From assembly GCA_050740255.1 (NCBI GenBank), contig JBOICV010000176.1:3959-67958 (forward strand): a stretch of DNA of 64,000 nucleotides, read 5' to 3'. Below are positions 1 to 11,901 of the stretch, one piece after another; position 1 is the first letter of the stretch; each line of letters begins with the position of its first letter. A program made the translations under genes and the position numbers. A model generated the notes under the pieces. It had not been told where the DNA came from and made no database searches. It saw only the letters and a program-made list of their open reading frames with translations. Source of the DNA: Nevskiales bacterium. GTDB lineage: Bacteria; Pseudomonadota; Gammaproteobacteria; Nevskiales; JBOICV01.

Positions 1-102
1 GTCTTCCTTGCAAAAGTAGCCGCCCCAGACGCCGTGGCCCCAGTGGCGCTCGTCCTCCCAGAGCCTGCGCAATTCTTCTTCGGAGCGGCCGGGCTTGATC
101 AT
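1..102 (-). CDS. hypothetical protein, first 34 codons only (gene runs off the left edge)
   Basis: ATG at 102..100 opens MIKPGRSEEELRRLWEDERHWGHGVWGGYFCKED with no stop before position 1. Too short in-window to appear in the ORF track. Family not recognised. Confidence 0.3.
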   Translation of the reverse strand, partial: MIKPGRSEEELRRLWEDERHWGHGVWGGYFCKED

Positions 103-163
103 TCGGCGTCATTCTGCGCTATGTAAACCGCTTCGACGTTGTTGCCGTAGGGATCCAGCACAG

Positions 164-310
164 TTATGGTGAGAGCGAGTCGGCAAGCGCGCGCAGAAGC
201 TTGGCGCCGTCGCCGCGCCAGGCGCTGCCGTGCATGCAGGCGAGCGTGGTGGGCTCGAGCCAAAACTTGGCTTCGCCACGGGCCACGCTACGGAGCGTCC
301 GCTTGACCAA
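164..310 (-). pseudogene. possible DUF4160-like C-terminal remnant
   Basis: The frame directly after the brnA stop reads ..SVARGEAKFWLEPTTLACMHGSAWRGDGAKLLRALADSLSP*. This resembles the GEAKFWLEP core I associate with DUF4160 proteins. There is no ATG and the N-terminal half of the family is absent. Confidence 0.25.
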
Positions 311-325
311 TGATCGGGCCTCAAC

Positions 326-628
326 TCACAACGCCTTCGCAAGTGTCTCCGCCATTCTGGTTTGCCAACCAGGGCCAGTCGCTTTCCAGCGATCAATGAC
401 GGCGGGGTCGACGCGCAGCGATAACAAGGCTTTGGCAGGTTTCTTCCCAGGGCCACGTTGCCCTGGCCGGCGTACCGTCGCCTTCGCCCAAAACGCATCG
501 ACTGCCGCGCGATCATTGGGATCGTATGGAGTATTTGGATCGCGCACGCGCTTGCGTGCACGCCCAATAGCGGCCTTTACGGCTGTTGGGCTAGAAGGAA
601 ATGAGCTTGAAGTAGTTGCGCGCTTCAT
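326..628 (-). CDS. brnA: BrnA-type antitoxin
   Basis: C-terminus KKPAKALLSLRVDPAVIDRWKATGPGWQTRMAETLAKAL matches the BrnA ribbon-helix-helix-like tail. It lies immediately downstream of a DUF497 toxin gene. Start taken at the only internal Met (628), which overlaps brnT by 38 nt, so the start is uncertain. Confidence 0.7.
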   Translation of the reverse strand: MKRATTSSSFPSSPTAVKAAIGRARKRVRDPNTPYDPNDRAAVDAFWAKATVRRPGQRGPGKKPAKALLSLRVDPAVIDRWKATGPGWQTRMAETLAKAL

Positions 629-863
629 GGGTGGTGGCCTCTCGCAAGGAAATGACGTGAATGTCGTCGCCACGCTCGGTGTAGGTCATGTGCACCACGC
701 GGCCCCAGAGCCAGCCGAGCAGATTGAGACGCTGCTCGCTATAGGCTTCGCGGTCATCCTCCGCCGTCACCACTGGGTGATCGAATACCGCATCGCAGCC
801 GATGAAATCGAGCTTGTGCCTGGCGATGTTCTCCAGCCGTTTGGCTTCGTCGAAGGTGACCAC
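591..863 (-). CDS. brnT: BrnT (DUF497) type II toxin
   Basis: 90 aa with a GTG start. FDEAKRLENIARHKLDF...EQRLNLLGWLWGRVVHMTYTERGDDIHVISLREATTHEARNY fits the DUF497 pattern. Confidence 0.8.
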   Translation of the reverse strand: MVTFDEAKRLENIARHKLDFIGCDAVFDHPVVTAEDDREAYSEQRLNLLGWLWGRVVHMTYTERGDDIHVISLREATTHEARNYFKLISF

Positions 864-871
864 GCTGAGAG

Positions 872-915
872 TGTAGCTACAAAATACTCAAAAAGCCAAG
901 TTTTTTGTAGCTACA
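872..915. promoter_or_regulatory. twin 10-bp palindromes TGTAGCTACA upstream of brnTA (putative autoregulatory operator)
   Basis: TGTAGCTACA occurs at 872..881 and 906..915. Each copy is self-complementary, and together they form a 12-bp inverted repeat (873..884 / 903..914). The first copy starts 9 bp upstream of the brnT start. Confidence 0.4.
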
Positions 916-1128
916 GCGCGGAACGCCGATTGCTGAGCCGCTCGATGCGTCACAAAGCGTTCGCAACCATCTAACAACTGGATGGAAAATTGCAAATACA
1001 TAAAAAGATGTCTTAAATCAATATGTTGAAAATTAAAGCGGTACAATTGTTTTAAAAGACGAAAAAATGGTTGCAGCAGATGACAAATAATGGCAGAATG
1101 AAGGTGGATTGAAATACTGGAGCAAAAA

Positions 1129-1728
1129 ATGGATTCATCGACAGCAAATTCTAAAGCCGCGCTTTTCGCGTTCCTGAAAAAGGCCGAGGCCACCGGGATA
1201 TACAAGGCGAACAACGCAGCCGGGCTTCGTGCCGCAGCGATCAAGCTTCTCGACGACGTGCAAGACACGGACGATGTTCGTGGTGTGGACGTCGAGCAGG
1301 CGGCGCTCCGCTATCACAACAAACATCCTAGTGAGTTGAGTTCCGGATCTCTGAAGGAATACCAGCGACGTTTGGGGCGGGTACTTGAGGAATTCGCTGC
1401 TTTCAACGAAAACCCGGCCGGATACCGCCCAAAGGGTCGGATTGCTCGGCACCCAAGCGATAAGGCGAATGGCGATACCGGGAAGAAACCCGGGCGCGAC
1501 AAGTCCACCAGACCCAACACAACAACTACGGAAGTCTTGTCACCGAAAAGTGAATCATCCGGCACCTCAAGTTCGACACTCACAAGCGTTCCGATGCTTC
1601 GGTTGAGCTACCCGATTCGCGATGACGTCTTAGCCGAAATCGCTGTACCTCGTGCAATGACGACTGACGAAGCGAGGCGACTTTGCGCGTTCGTAATGAC
1701 TCTGGCTAAAGATTTTGCGCCGACTTGA
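1129..1728 (+). CDS. hypothetical protein (two helical segments joined by a Ser/Thr/Lys-rich linker)
   Basis: 199-aa ORF preceded by a strongly AT-rich stretch (about 960..1128). No family recognised. Confidence 0.5.
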   Translation: MDSSTANSKAALFAFLKKAEATGIYKANNAAGLRAAAIKLLDDVQDTDDVRGVDVEQAALRYHNKHPSELSSGSLKEYQRRLGRVLEEFAAFNENPAGYRPKGRIARHPSDKANGDTGKKPGRDKSTRPNTTTTEVLSPKSESSGTSSSTLTSVPMLRLSYPIRDDVLAEIAVPRAMTTDEARRLCAFVMTLAKDFAPT

Positions 1729-1981
1729 AGAAAAGGGGCGGGCTACCTCGATCTTGCCGAATGGGAAAGCAACGCGGCCTCCAACCCCGCGTTCGCATGC
1801 TCGGCATCCAAGGGAAAAGCGCAGTGTCCAAAACTGTGCCCGCCCATCACCCCTCGCCGTGAGTTTACCGCGCAGCGGTGCTCGACTTGAACGTGGCTTG
1901 GACGGCGCGTAGCGCCGTCCCCCGAGAGAAGTGGGGCCACTTCTAATTGGCACGGACTAAATTTTCCGAACGGGTTGCAGG

Positions 1982-4051
<2,070 letters not shown>

Positions 4052-4214
4052 TTATTCAGAAGTCGGCGCCGATCATACCCGCGCGCGTCGCCAACGGCAT
4101 GGTGAGCCAGACCACGCCGCCCGGCGCCATGGCCAATCCCTAATTCAGGGGATGGGTCTTGGCTTGCGGCTAGCCGATGATGGCTTTCATACTCCGATGG
4201 GGGGATATGAGAGC

Positions 4215-6494
4215 ATGAAAGCAGCTGGCCGCTGGAGCGAGTGGGTCACTGCGCATCCGCGCCTCATTGCAAGTCTCGCGCTGAGTCTGACCTTGATTGC
4301 CGGAATGGGTGCGGCGCGCCTGCGGCTGGTCAGCGATTATCGAACCTATCTCGCCCCGGATGATGAAAGCACCCAGGCTTTCGCCGAGCTGGAACGGCGC
4401 TTTGGCGGCACCGATGAGTTGCTACTGGTGCTGGCGCCCGCGGATGGCGAGGCGCAAACGCCGACGGCGATCATGCGGGTGGGGAAACTCGCTGATCGGC
4501 TGCGCGAAATGCCGGGCGCGGTGCGCGCCAGTTCCATTGCGGATCTGCCCCTTGCCTTAAGCGGTGAAGCCGGCGCGACGCTCACCAGCCTTGGCGCACT
4601 CGCGCAGGCTGGAAACACGGAGCCGGCGATTTGGGCTGCGGCCAGCGCGAGCGTTGCGCGGCTCGCCACCAATACTCTGTTGGCGCGGGATGGCTCGATG
4701 ACCGCCGCTTACGTCACCGTGCGCCTGCCCAATCCCGCCGGGTTCAGCGACTCGCAACAGGTCATGGATTACGTCACCGAACTCGGGCGTGAGGCGGAAG
4801 CGGAGTTTGCGGGCGACCGCATCCTGCGCACCGGTACGGTGCCGTATTACCACGACATCATGCTGGCGGCGCTACGCGATTTGCTGATCCTATTCCCCTT
4901 ATGTCTGGCAATGGCGGCGGTGATGCTGCTGAGTCTGCTCGGCAGCGTGCGCATGGTGCTGGCCTGCGCCGTGCCGGTGCTTTGCGCCGTCGTGACCGGC
5001 GTAGGCCTCGCCGGCTGGGGCGGCGTGCAGGTTACCGCCGTGACGGTGATCGCGCCCGTGCTCATTCTGGTCGTGTCACTGGCCTATGTGGTGCACGTGG
5101 CCGACACTTACTTGCAGATACGCGCGACGGAAGCGTCCACGATTCGCGCGGTTCAACTCAGCCTCATAGAGAACCTGCGGCCGACACTGCTGACGGTCGG
5201 CACCACCGCCCTGGGTTTCTTCTCGCTCAATTTCAGCGTGGCCCCGCCCTATCAGGAACTGGGCATGGTGGTGGCGATCGGTGTCGCCATGTCGGCGGTG
5301 TTCGTGCTGACCCTGATGCCGGTGCTGTTGATCTGGCTGAACCCACCGGCGATGCGTGACAAAAGCCGGTTCCGCCGCGCGGTAGAGCGGCTGGCGGAAC
5401 GCACGCAGGCGATTGAAAATCCACGCACGCTGCTGGCGCTGGGCGTCATCACCGCCGGATTGCTGTTGTGTATCGGGCTTAATACGCTCGATGACGATCT
5501 GGCCGAGTGGTTTCTGGAAGGAACGCGTCTGCGGCAGGAGACGATGGAGATTGATCAGCGGCTGACCGGCGTGCAGCAGATTCACTTTGCCTTGCCGGCG
5601 GCGGGCGACGCCGGTGTGCACGATCCAGCCTATCTGCAGAAAGTTGACGCCTTCGCGCAATGGTTGCGCGGTCAGCCCGACGTGATGAGCGTACGCAGCC
5701 TGCCGGATGTGCTGCGTTATCTGCATGAAGCGACCGTACCGGGCGCGACAGGTTTGCCGCAAAGCCCCGCGCTGGCGGAACAGCTGCTGTGGCTGTACGA
5801 GTTCTCAGCGCCACCGGGCGATCGCCTCGGCGGGCTGCTGGACGACGAGCGCCGGGCAAGCCTGGTGCACGTCTCGATACGCCACCAGGCAGGGACTGCG
5901 TTGCAGGCTCTGGATACCGCAGCGCGTAACTGGCTGGCTGCGCAAGCGCCCGAGTTCGGCGTGCCTATGGGTTTGAGTGCGGCGATGACTTTCGCGCAGA
6001 TGGCGCTGCGCAATGCCCCGATCATGTTAATGGCCACGGGCGCGGTGATGCTGCTGTCCGCGCTCGCCATCGGCTGGTCCCTGCGTTCGGTGCGGCTGGG
6101 CTGGATTTGCGTGCCGTCGAATCTGCTGCCGCTGGGGCTCGGCTATGGTCTGTGGGGTTTGTTGTCCGGCCATGTCGGCGTTGCGCTGTCGCTCGTGGCG
6201 GGGGCGGCGCTCGGCATCATTGTGGACGACAGCATTCATATACTGCATCGCTACCGCGATGCGCGGCGCGATCTCGGCATGGATGCGACCACGGCCTGCC
6301 GCTATACCGTGCGCCGCGTGGGCGGCGCGGTGACGATCACCACCATGGTGCTGGTGGTGGGTATGCTGCAAGTGGCTTTTTCAAGCGTCCAGCCCAATCA
6401 CGAGATCGGGTTGTGGCTCGCGATGACTTTTGCCCTGGCCTGGTTCTGCGAGCTGGTGATGTTGCCGCAACTGCTGATGCGTTTTGACCGATGA
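4215..6494 (+). CDS. RND/MMPL-superfamily exporter (two 6-TM bundles, HpnN-like architecture)
   Basis: About 760 aa with two hydrophobic blocks separated by a soluble domain. Start chosen at ATG 4215 (MKAAGRWSEW) behind a GGGGA/GAGAG Shine-Dalgarno. Stop overlaps the next gene (ATGA). Confidence 0.8.
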   Translation: MKAAGRWSEWVTAHPRLIASLALSLTLIAGMGAARLRLVSDYRTYLAPDDESTQAFAELERRFGGTDELLLVLAPADGEAQTPTAIMRVGKLADRLREMPGAVRASSIADLPLALSGEAGATLTSLGALAQAGNTEPAIWAAASASVARLATNTLLARDGSMTAAYVTVRLPNPAGFSDSQQVMDYVTELGREAEAEFAGDRILRTGTVPYYHDIMLAALRDLLILFPLCLAMAAVMLLSLLGSVRMVLACAVPVLCAVVTGVGLAGWGGVQVTAVTVIAPVLILVVSLAYVVHVADTYLQIRATEASTIRAVQLSLIENLRPTLLTVGTTALGFFSLNFSVAPPYQELGMVVAIGVAMSAVFVLTLMPVLLIWLNPPAMRDKSRFRRAVERLAERTQAIENPRTLLALGVITAGLLLCIGLNTLDDDLAEWFLEGTRLRQETMEIDQRLTGVQQIHFALPAAGDAGVHDPAYLQKVDAFAQWLRGQPDVMSVRSLPDVLRYLHEATVPGATGLPQSPALAEQLLWLYEFSAPPGDRLGGLLDDERRASLVHVSIRHQAGTALQALDTAARNWLAAQAPEFGVPMGLSAAMTFAQMALRNAPIMLMATGAVMLLSALAIGWSLRSVRLGWICVPSNLLPLGLGYGLWGLLSGHVGVALSLVAGAALGIIVDDSIHILHRYRDARRDLGMDATTACRYTVRRVGGAVTITTMVLVVGMLQVAFSSVQPNHEIGLWLAMTFALAWFCELVMLPQLLMRFDR

Positions 6495-7264
6495 GAAGCT
6501 ATTGCCGCATCTTGCTTCTGCTGATCTGCCCGCTCGCTGTATTGGCGGCGGAGGTGGACTCGGTGCGCGCCAAGCTGGCGGCGCGCTACACCGGCTGGCG
6601 TGATGCCTGTTTCGTGCTGGATTTAACGGTACAGCGTCCGGACGGCGGCACCCGCGAAGGCCGCGCTGAGTTGTGCCAGCTTGTCGACGGCGCCGACCGC
6701 TACGCACGCGTGCAAGTACTGGCGCCATTGGGTGCCCGCGGCATTCAGTTCATTTCGCAGCGCGGCGCCGATGGGCGCAGCCGGCAATGGATGTATACGC
6801 CGGCCAGCAAGCGCGCGGTGGCAGTTCAGGACGGTGGCGCGGAGCGGCCGTTTCTCGGCACCGACTTCAGCTCGGCGGATCTCGAGCTTTATCAGGCCGA
6901 TCCAGCGCGCGCCAAACCCGTCGCTGACGAAAGCTGCGGCGACACGCACTGCCGTATCTATGAGCTGCCGCCATCCCAGCCGCGGACAGCGACACGGCGC
7001 ATCTGGGTGGTGCGGGACAGCGGTGCCATCCACCGGGTGGACGTACTGTCGGGGACCAAACCGATCAAGCGGCTTGATATCGTCAGCGAGCTGCGCGGCC
7101 CGGAGGGTTATTGGCTGCCTGTGCAAGCCACAATGCGTGATTTGCGTAGCAGCAGCCTTACTGTGGTGACCTGGTCGCAAGCCCGCTTCAATCGAGGTCT
7201 CAAGCGGGCAGAATTCGACGCCGAAGCGCGCTGGGGCACGGGCGTTTCACGTCCGGCCCGATAA
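6491..7264 (+). CDS. outer-membrane lipoprotein-sorting (LolA-like) family protein
   Basis: Signal peptide, then ...WMYTPASKRAVAV...PFLGTDFSSADLE, the motif typical of LolA-like partners of RND/MMPL exporters. Translationally coupled to the upstream gene. Confidence 0.65.
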   Translation: MRSYCRILLLLICPLAVLAAEVDSVRAKLAARYTGWRDACFVLDLTVQRPDGGTREGRAELCQLVDGADRYARVQVLAPLGARGIQFISQRGADGRSRQWMYTPASKRAVAVQDGGAERPFLGTDFSSADLELYQADPARAKPVADESCGDTHCRIYELPPSQPRTATRRIWVVRDSGAIHRVDVLSGTKPIKRLDIVSELRGPEGYWLPVQATMRDLRSSSLTVVTWSQARFNRGLKRAEFDAEARWGTGVSRPAR

Positions 7265-7324
7265 CTCTCCAGGCCGCGACCATTGGACGGGGTAGCGCGC
7301 GGTCGGCGACAATCATCAGTTCTT

Positions 7325-8179
7325 ATGCGCCGTCCCCTTCTGATTGTCCTGCTGGCCGTGGGCTTAAGCGCCTGCCCCGGCAGCGCCATGGATGCCGCCG
7401 CCACGCGCGTGGCCACGGGTTTGCAGGATGGCATCCTCAATCACGATGACGTCGGCGTCGTGCGCGACGCGCTGCCGGGCTATCTGTTGACCATGGACGG
7501 TCTGGTTGAGGCCAGTCCGGACAATCCCCAGATCGCGCTGGCTGCGGCGCAGATCTACAGTTTTTATGCCAGCAATTTTGTGACCGAACCGGAACGCAAG
7601 AAGCGCCTCGCGGAGCGTGGCCTGCGTTACGCCAGAGCGGCCTTGTGCATGGAGCTGGATGATTTGTGCGAAACGCTGAAAACGCCGTTTGCGGAATTCA
7701 GCGACGAGGTAGAGGAGATCGAAGACGACGAACAGGTGCCGCTGCTGTACGGCTTTACCGTTGCCTGGGCCACCTGGGTGCAGGCCAATGTGGACGACTG
7801 GAACGCTATCGCCGACGTGCCCAAGATCGAAGCGCTGCTGAACAAGATCGTCGCGCTTAAGCCGCGTCACGATAGGGGAACGCCCTATATCTACCTCGGG
7901 GTGCTGTCCTCGCAACTGCCGCCGGCCATGGGCGGCAAACCGGAAAGGGCCAAGGCATACTTCGAGCGGGCCTTGACCATTTCCGGCGAGCGCAATCTGA
8001 TGGCGCAGGTCTACTACGCCAAGCAGTACGCGCGTATGGCGTTTGACCGCAAACTGCACGACCAACTGCTGGAAGAAGTGCTCGAAGCCGACCCGCGCGA
8101 GCGTGGGCTTACGCTCAGCAACACTCTGGCCCAGCAGGAAGCCCGGGAACTACTCGCCGGGAGCAAGGATTTCTTCTGA
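7325..8179 (+). CDS. TatT-like TPR lipoprotein (TRAP-transporter accessory component family)
   Basis: Lipobox LLAVGLSAC after ATG 7325, then an all-helical TPR-like body. Sits directly upstream of a DctP-type binding protein. Confidence 0.65.
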   Translation: MRRPLLIVLLAVGLSACPGSAMDAAATRVATGLQDGILNHDDVGVVRDALPGYLLTMDGLVEASPDNPQIALAAAQIYSFYASNFVTEPERKKRLAERGLRYARAALCMELDDLCETLKTPFAEFSDEVEEIEDDEQVPLLYGFTVAWATWVQANVDDWNAIADVPKIEALLNKIVALKPRHDRGTPYIYLGVLSSQLPPAMGGKPERAKAYFERALTISGERNLMAQVYYAKQYARMAFDRKLHDQLLEEVLEADPRERGLTLSNTLAQQEARELLAGSKDFF

Positions 8180-8394
8180 TTCCGTTTGTGCTGAGGTATC
8201 GAAGCACGAACGGATTAAGAATGATTGCCCTTCGATACGCCGAAGGCGTGCCCTGTCCTGAGCGCGGCGAAGGATCAGGGCGAACGGGAACGCCGGGTTC
8301 AAAGAAGGGCCGCGTGGTAAAATTTGCCCGCTGGTAAATTACCCCGGTGAATTACCCTAACCCTCGGACGCGATTGGCTTAGCTGTTCGCGCAG

Positions 8395-9411
8395 GTGAAG
8401 ATCATGTCCTTGCCACCCCTTTCCCGCTGGCTGTGCGCGCTGACGCTATTGGCGATGAGTGCGGAGGCGCCGGCCGCTACGCTCAAAATCGCGACCATCG
8501 CGCCCGAGGGCACTTCCTGGATGAAGGAGCTGCGGACAGGCGCCACTGAAATCGAGAAACGCACCGCCGGCCGCGTGAAACTCAAGTTCTTCCCGGGCGG
8601 GGTAATGGGCAACGACAAGAGCGTGCTGCGCAAAATCCGCGCCGGCCAGTTGCAAGGTGGCGCGCTAGCCTCGACCGGCCTCACCGACTTATACAAGGAC
8701 GCGCAACTCTACAGCCTGCCGATGCTGTTCCACTCCTACGAGGAAGTGGACTATGTGCGCGCACGCATGGACCAGACGCTGCAAGCCGGGTTGGAGGAAG
8801 CGGGCCTGGTGCCGCTGGGTATCAGCGAAGGCGGCTTCACCTACCTGATGGCCCAGTCCAGTATCTCCGAGGTGGAGGAGCTGAAGGGCAAGAAAGTCTG
8901 GGTGCCGGAAGGCGATCCTGTCAGCCAGGCCGCGCTCGAATACGCCGGCGTCACGCCGGTGCCGCTGCCGTTCGCGGACGTTTACACCGCGCTGCAGACG
9001 GGATTGCTGGACACCGTGTTCTCCGTCCCGACTGGCGCCATTGCCTTCCAGTGGTATACCAAGCTCAAAAGCCTGGTGGATATGCCGGTGACCTACGTGC
9101 TGGGCGTGCTGGCGATAGACAAGCGCAGTTTTCAGGCGCTCGATCCGGCCGACCAGGCGGTGATGCGGGAAGTGATCGAGAATACTTTTACGCGGCTTAA
9201 TAAAATCAACCGCGACGATAACCAGAAGGCGCTGGCCGCGCTGAAGAAACAGGGTATCGAGATCAACACGCTGGACGCGGCGGAAGAGGAGAAGCTGCGC
9301 GGCAAGGCCGAGCGCGCGATTGAAGACTTCCGCGGCAAGGGCGTTTACACACCCGAGTTGCTGGAAGACCTGCGCGGCCATCTCACCGCTTATCGCGCCA
9401 AAACGGAGTGA
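8395..9411 (+). CDS. dctP: TRAP transporter substrate-binding protein, DctP family
   Basis: Signal peptide followed by LKIATIAPEGTSWMKEL...KLKFFPGGVMGNDKSVLRKIRAGQLQG, the DctP signature. Start is GTG 8395 or ATG 8404. Confidence 0.85.
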   Translation: MKIMSLPPLSRWLCALTLLAMSAEAPAATLKIATIAPEGTSWMKELRTGATEIEKRTAGRVKLKFFPGGVMGNDKSVLRKIRAGQLQGGALASTGLTDLYKDAQLYSLPMLFHSYEEVDYVRARMDQTLQAGLEEAGLVPLGISEGGFTYLMAQSSISEVEELKGKKVWVPEGDPVSQAALEYAGVTPVPLPFADVYTALQTGLLDTVFSVPTGAIAFQWYTKLKSLVDMPVTYVLGVLAIDKRSFQALDPADQAVMREVIENTFTRLNKINRDDNQKALAALKKQGIEINTLDAAEEEKLRGKAERAIEDFRGKGVYTPELLEDLRGHLTAYRAKTE

Positions 9412-9605
9412 TGTCCAATTTGCGTTGGTCGGTACGCAGCGCCTGGTATGTAACCCAGGGTCAAGTCGAACACCGCTTTGCGGCTGCGCCCCACTCGCGA
9501 CTCGCGTCGAGCCTAACCGCTCGACCGCTCCCCGCTCGGGGGTGTCGGAGAGGTTCACCAGCAGGCCGATCTGATCGAGCTTGCCGACCACAAACGGTAA
9601 GCCCG

Positions 9606-10595
9606 CTACTTCCTTCTTCTTCCTTTCACCATGGCGCTCTTGCGGCTCGGGATCTGCGGCGCTAGCTCCGCGATCAGATCGAACAACCAGGCCACGCCTG
9701 CATCCATCATGGCCGAGCGTGTGGTGATGGCCTGAGTCGCAAAGCGGCCTAGCGGCAGCGGCGCTTCGCAGCTCGTCAGGCCAAAGCGACGGGCTTGTGT
9801 CGCGACAAGCGACTTCGGCACCGCGGCAACGAAGTCGGTCTCGGCGAGCAGCGTCAGCTCCAACATGAAGTTGGGAATCGCCAGCGCGACACGCCGCGTC
9901 CGGCCTTTCGCCGCGAGGGCCTTGTCTACGAAGCTCTCGTTGTCGCGCGTCAACGAGACCACCAGGTGTCGCTGCTTGCAGTAGTGGTCGAGTGTCGGCG
10001 CGGCCGCGAAGGGGTGGCCGGCGCGCATCGCGATGACGAACTGCTCTTCGTAGAGATTGCGGGCGACGAACCTTGCCGGGACTTCGTCGAGCGGCAGGAT
10101 CGCGATATCCAGCGTGCGCGCCTCGATCTCCTCGAGCGCCTGCTCCCAGGGGTTGCCGCCGATCCTGCCGTGCTGAGGCGGCAGGATCTGCCGCACGCTG
10201 AGGTCGATGCCGGGCGCCAGCGTGCGCAGCTTCTTCAGGAGCGGCGGCGCCAGAACGGCCGAGATGGCGTCCGGCGCACCGATCGTAAATCCGCGCGTGG
10301 ACTTCGCCGCGACGAACGGCTCTGCGGTCGAGACGACGCTGCGCACGCGCGCGAGGATTTCGGCGATCGGTTCGGCCAGTTCCGACGCGCGCTCGGTCGG
10401 CACCACGCCGCGCGGTGTCTTGAGGAACAGGGGGTCGTTGAGCAGACGTCGCAGCCGGTTCAAGCCGTGACTCACGGCCGAGGGCGAAAGGTTCAGAGCT
10501 TCGGCGGCCCTGCCGACGTGGCGCTGCTCGCGCACCGTTTCGAACAGGACCAGCAGGTTCAGGTCGGCGCGCGATAGATCAATCTGCTTCAGCAT
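9606..10595 (-). CDS. LysR-family transcriptional regulator
   Basis: N-terminal wHTH DLNLLVLFETVREQRHVGRAAEALNLSPSAVSHGLNRLR plus a substrate-binding domain. Confidence 0.9.
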   Translation of the reverse strand: MLKQIDLSRADLNLLVLFETVREQRHVGRAAEALNLSPSAVSHGLNRLRRLLNDPLFLKTPRGVVPTERASELAEPIAEILARVRSVVSTAEPFVAAKSTRGFTIGAPDAISAVLAPPLLKKLRTLAPGIDLSVRQILPPQHGRIGGNPWEQALEEIEARTLDIAILPLDEVPARFVARNLYEEQFVIAMRAGHPFAAAPTLDHYCKQRHLVVSLTRDNESFVDKALAAKGRTRRVALAIPNFMLELTLLAETDFVAAVPKSLVATQARRFGLTSCEAPLPLGRFATQAITTRSAMMDAGVAWLFDLIAELAPQIPSRKSAMVKGRRRK

Positions 10596-10811
10596 ATTGT
10601 TGAAATCATATCACTGGATTCAGCAGCGTCCGGCCCCTAGTCTTCGCGGCCACGTCGATGCGCATCGCAATTCGCGTCGGCCGATTACGTCCACACCGGA
10701 GATTTTTCAGTGCCAACTACAGACTTTCGATCCCTATCGCCTCTGGCCTTGGCGGTTCTCGCCGCACACCAAGGCTCGCTTTCCGCTTCCGACCTTCACA
10801 GCACCGCATCC

Positions 10812-11390
10812 ATGACTCGATCGCAGACGATTCAAGCTTCCGAACAACTCACCTCGCCCGAAGCAGCCGCCGTCGTCGCCTTCTGGCAGCAGGCGGGGCC
10901 TGCAATGTGGTTCGCCAAGGATGCCGACTTCGATCGGCGCTTTCGTGAGCGTTTCCTGGCTCAGCACGAGGCGGCCGCGCGCGGCGAGCTCTTCGACTGG
11001 CGGGCGACGGCGGACGGAGCGCTTGCGCTGATGGTGCTGCTCGACCAGTTTCCGCGGAATGTCTTCCGGGGAACGCCGCGCATGTATGCCACCGACGCGC
11101 TGGCGCGCAGGCTTGCGGATGAAGCCATCCGCGCGGGGCACGACCGGGCGGTCGAACACGAGCTGCAGAAATTCTTCTACCTGCCGTTCGCGCACTCGGA
11201 AGAACTGGCCGACCAGGAACGATCGGTATCGCTCTGCAGTCGCCTCGGACAGCCGGATCTGGCGCACGCCGAACACCATCGCGACATCGTACGCCGCTTC
11301 GGACGCTTCCCGCATCGCAATCCGATCCTCGGCCGCGCGATGCGGCCGGAGGAGCAGCGGTATCTGGATGAGGGCGGATACCAGGGTTAG
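10812..11390 (+). CDS. DUF924 family protein
   Basis: FWF..D..FD..FRERF...LLDQFPRNVFRGTPRMYATD...HRDIVRRFGRFPHRNPILGR is characteristic of DUF924. Start set at ATG 10812 to give the usual length of about 190 aa. Confidence 0.8.
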   Translation: MTRSQTIQASEQLTSPEAAAVVAFWQQAGPAMWFAKDADFDRRFRERFLAQHEAAARGELFDWRATADGALALMVLLDQFPRNVFRGTPRMYATDALARRLADEAIRAGHDRAVEHELQKFFYLPFAHSEELADQERSVSLCSRLGQPDLAHAEHHRDIVRRFGRFPHRNPILGRAMRPEEQRYLDEGGYQG

Positions 11391-11554
11391 AGTGGTTCGC
11401 CAATATTCTGCCTGTCATCCCGTACCATTGCCCACTGCCGCGTGCCTCAACGGTAAACTGGCGGCCCATTACCGACGCATTGTCTCAATTTCAAGAATCG
11501 TATGTTCCAGGCAACCCGAATCGCATCTAACCAGCGGCTTAACCCAGGCGTTAA

Positions 11555-11602
11555 GCGATAAGCGCCGGAGCAAAACGTGCCTAAGCGCTCGCTTGGGGCG
11601 CT
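11555..11602. repeat. direct repeat copy 1 (duplicate of the dctQ RBS and first codons)
   Basis: GCGATAAGCGCCGGAGCAAAACGTGCCTAAGCGCTCGCTTGGGGCGCT. It matches 12137..12185 apart from a 1-nt A-tract indel and 2 substitutions. Confidence 0.85.
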
Positions 11603-11628
11603 AGTCAGAGCGGCTTATACTGCTGCCG

Positions 11629-11901
11629 ATGAACTTCGTTTGGGGCCCGACCAAGGCGGAGGCCAATCTCAAGAAGCACGGAGTCAGCTTTGAAGAAGCT
11701 AGCACCGTGTTTCTCGATGTTCTGTCGGCCACCGGCGCTGATCCAGATCATTCGATGGGAGAGGAGCGCTGGATTACCTTCGGTGTCTCAAAGGAAGGTC
11801 GCTTTTTGGTCGTGTCTCACACGGATGAGGCAGACTCTGTGAGGCTCATTAGTGCCCGTCCTGGCACTGCACGCGAACGGAAACTTTATGAAGAAGGCTA
11901 G
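11629..11901 (+). CDS. brnT: BrnT (DUF497) type II toxin, second copy
   Basis: MNFVWGPTKAEANLKKHGVSFEEASTVFLD...GEERWITFGVSKEGRFLVVSHTDEADSVRLISARPGTARERKLYEE is canonical DUF497. GC content is visibly lower than the flanks. Confidence 0.85.
   Translation: MNFVWGPTKAEANLKKHGVSFEEASTVFLDVLSATGADPDHSMGEERWITFGVSKEGRFLVVSHTDEADSVRLISARPGTARERKLYEEG

Noticed and set aside
109-974. ORFs 109-567 (minus strand, 152 aa) and 201-974 (plus strand, 257 aa) covering the brnTA region.
   Set aside because: The compositions are junk-like. They overlap the clearly recognisable BrnT/BrnA reading frames and lack start contexts.
1899-1950. Hairpins GGACGGCGC-GTA-GCGCCGTCC and GAAGTGG-GGC-CACTTC upstream of the fadH 3' end, considered as a tRNA fragment or att site marking the islet boundary.
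   Set aside because: They have no tRNA-like sequence features and no matching direct repeat within the window. They may simply be terminator-like structures.
10601-10613. TGAAATCATATCA (T-N11-A) between the LysR gene and the DUF924 gene, as a possible LysR box.
   Set aside because: It is only a 3-bp dyad. Such matches are expected by chance, so it cannot be supported from sequence alone.
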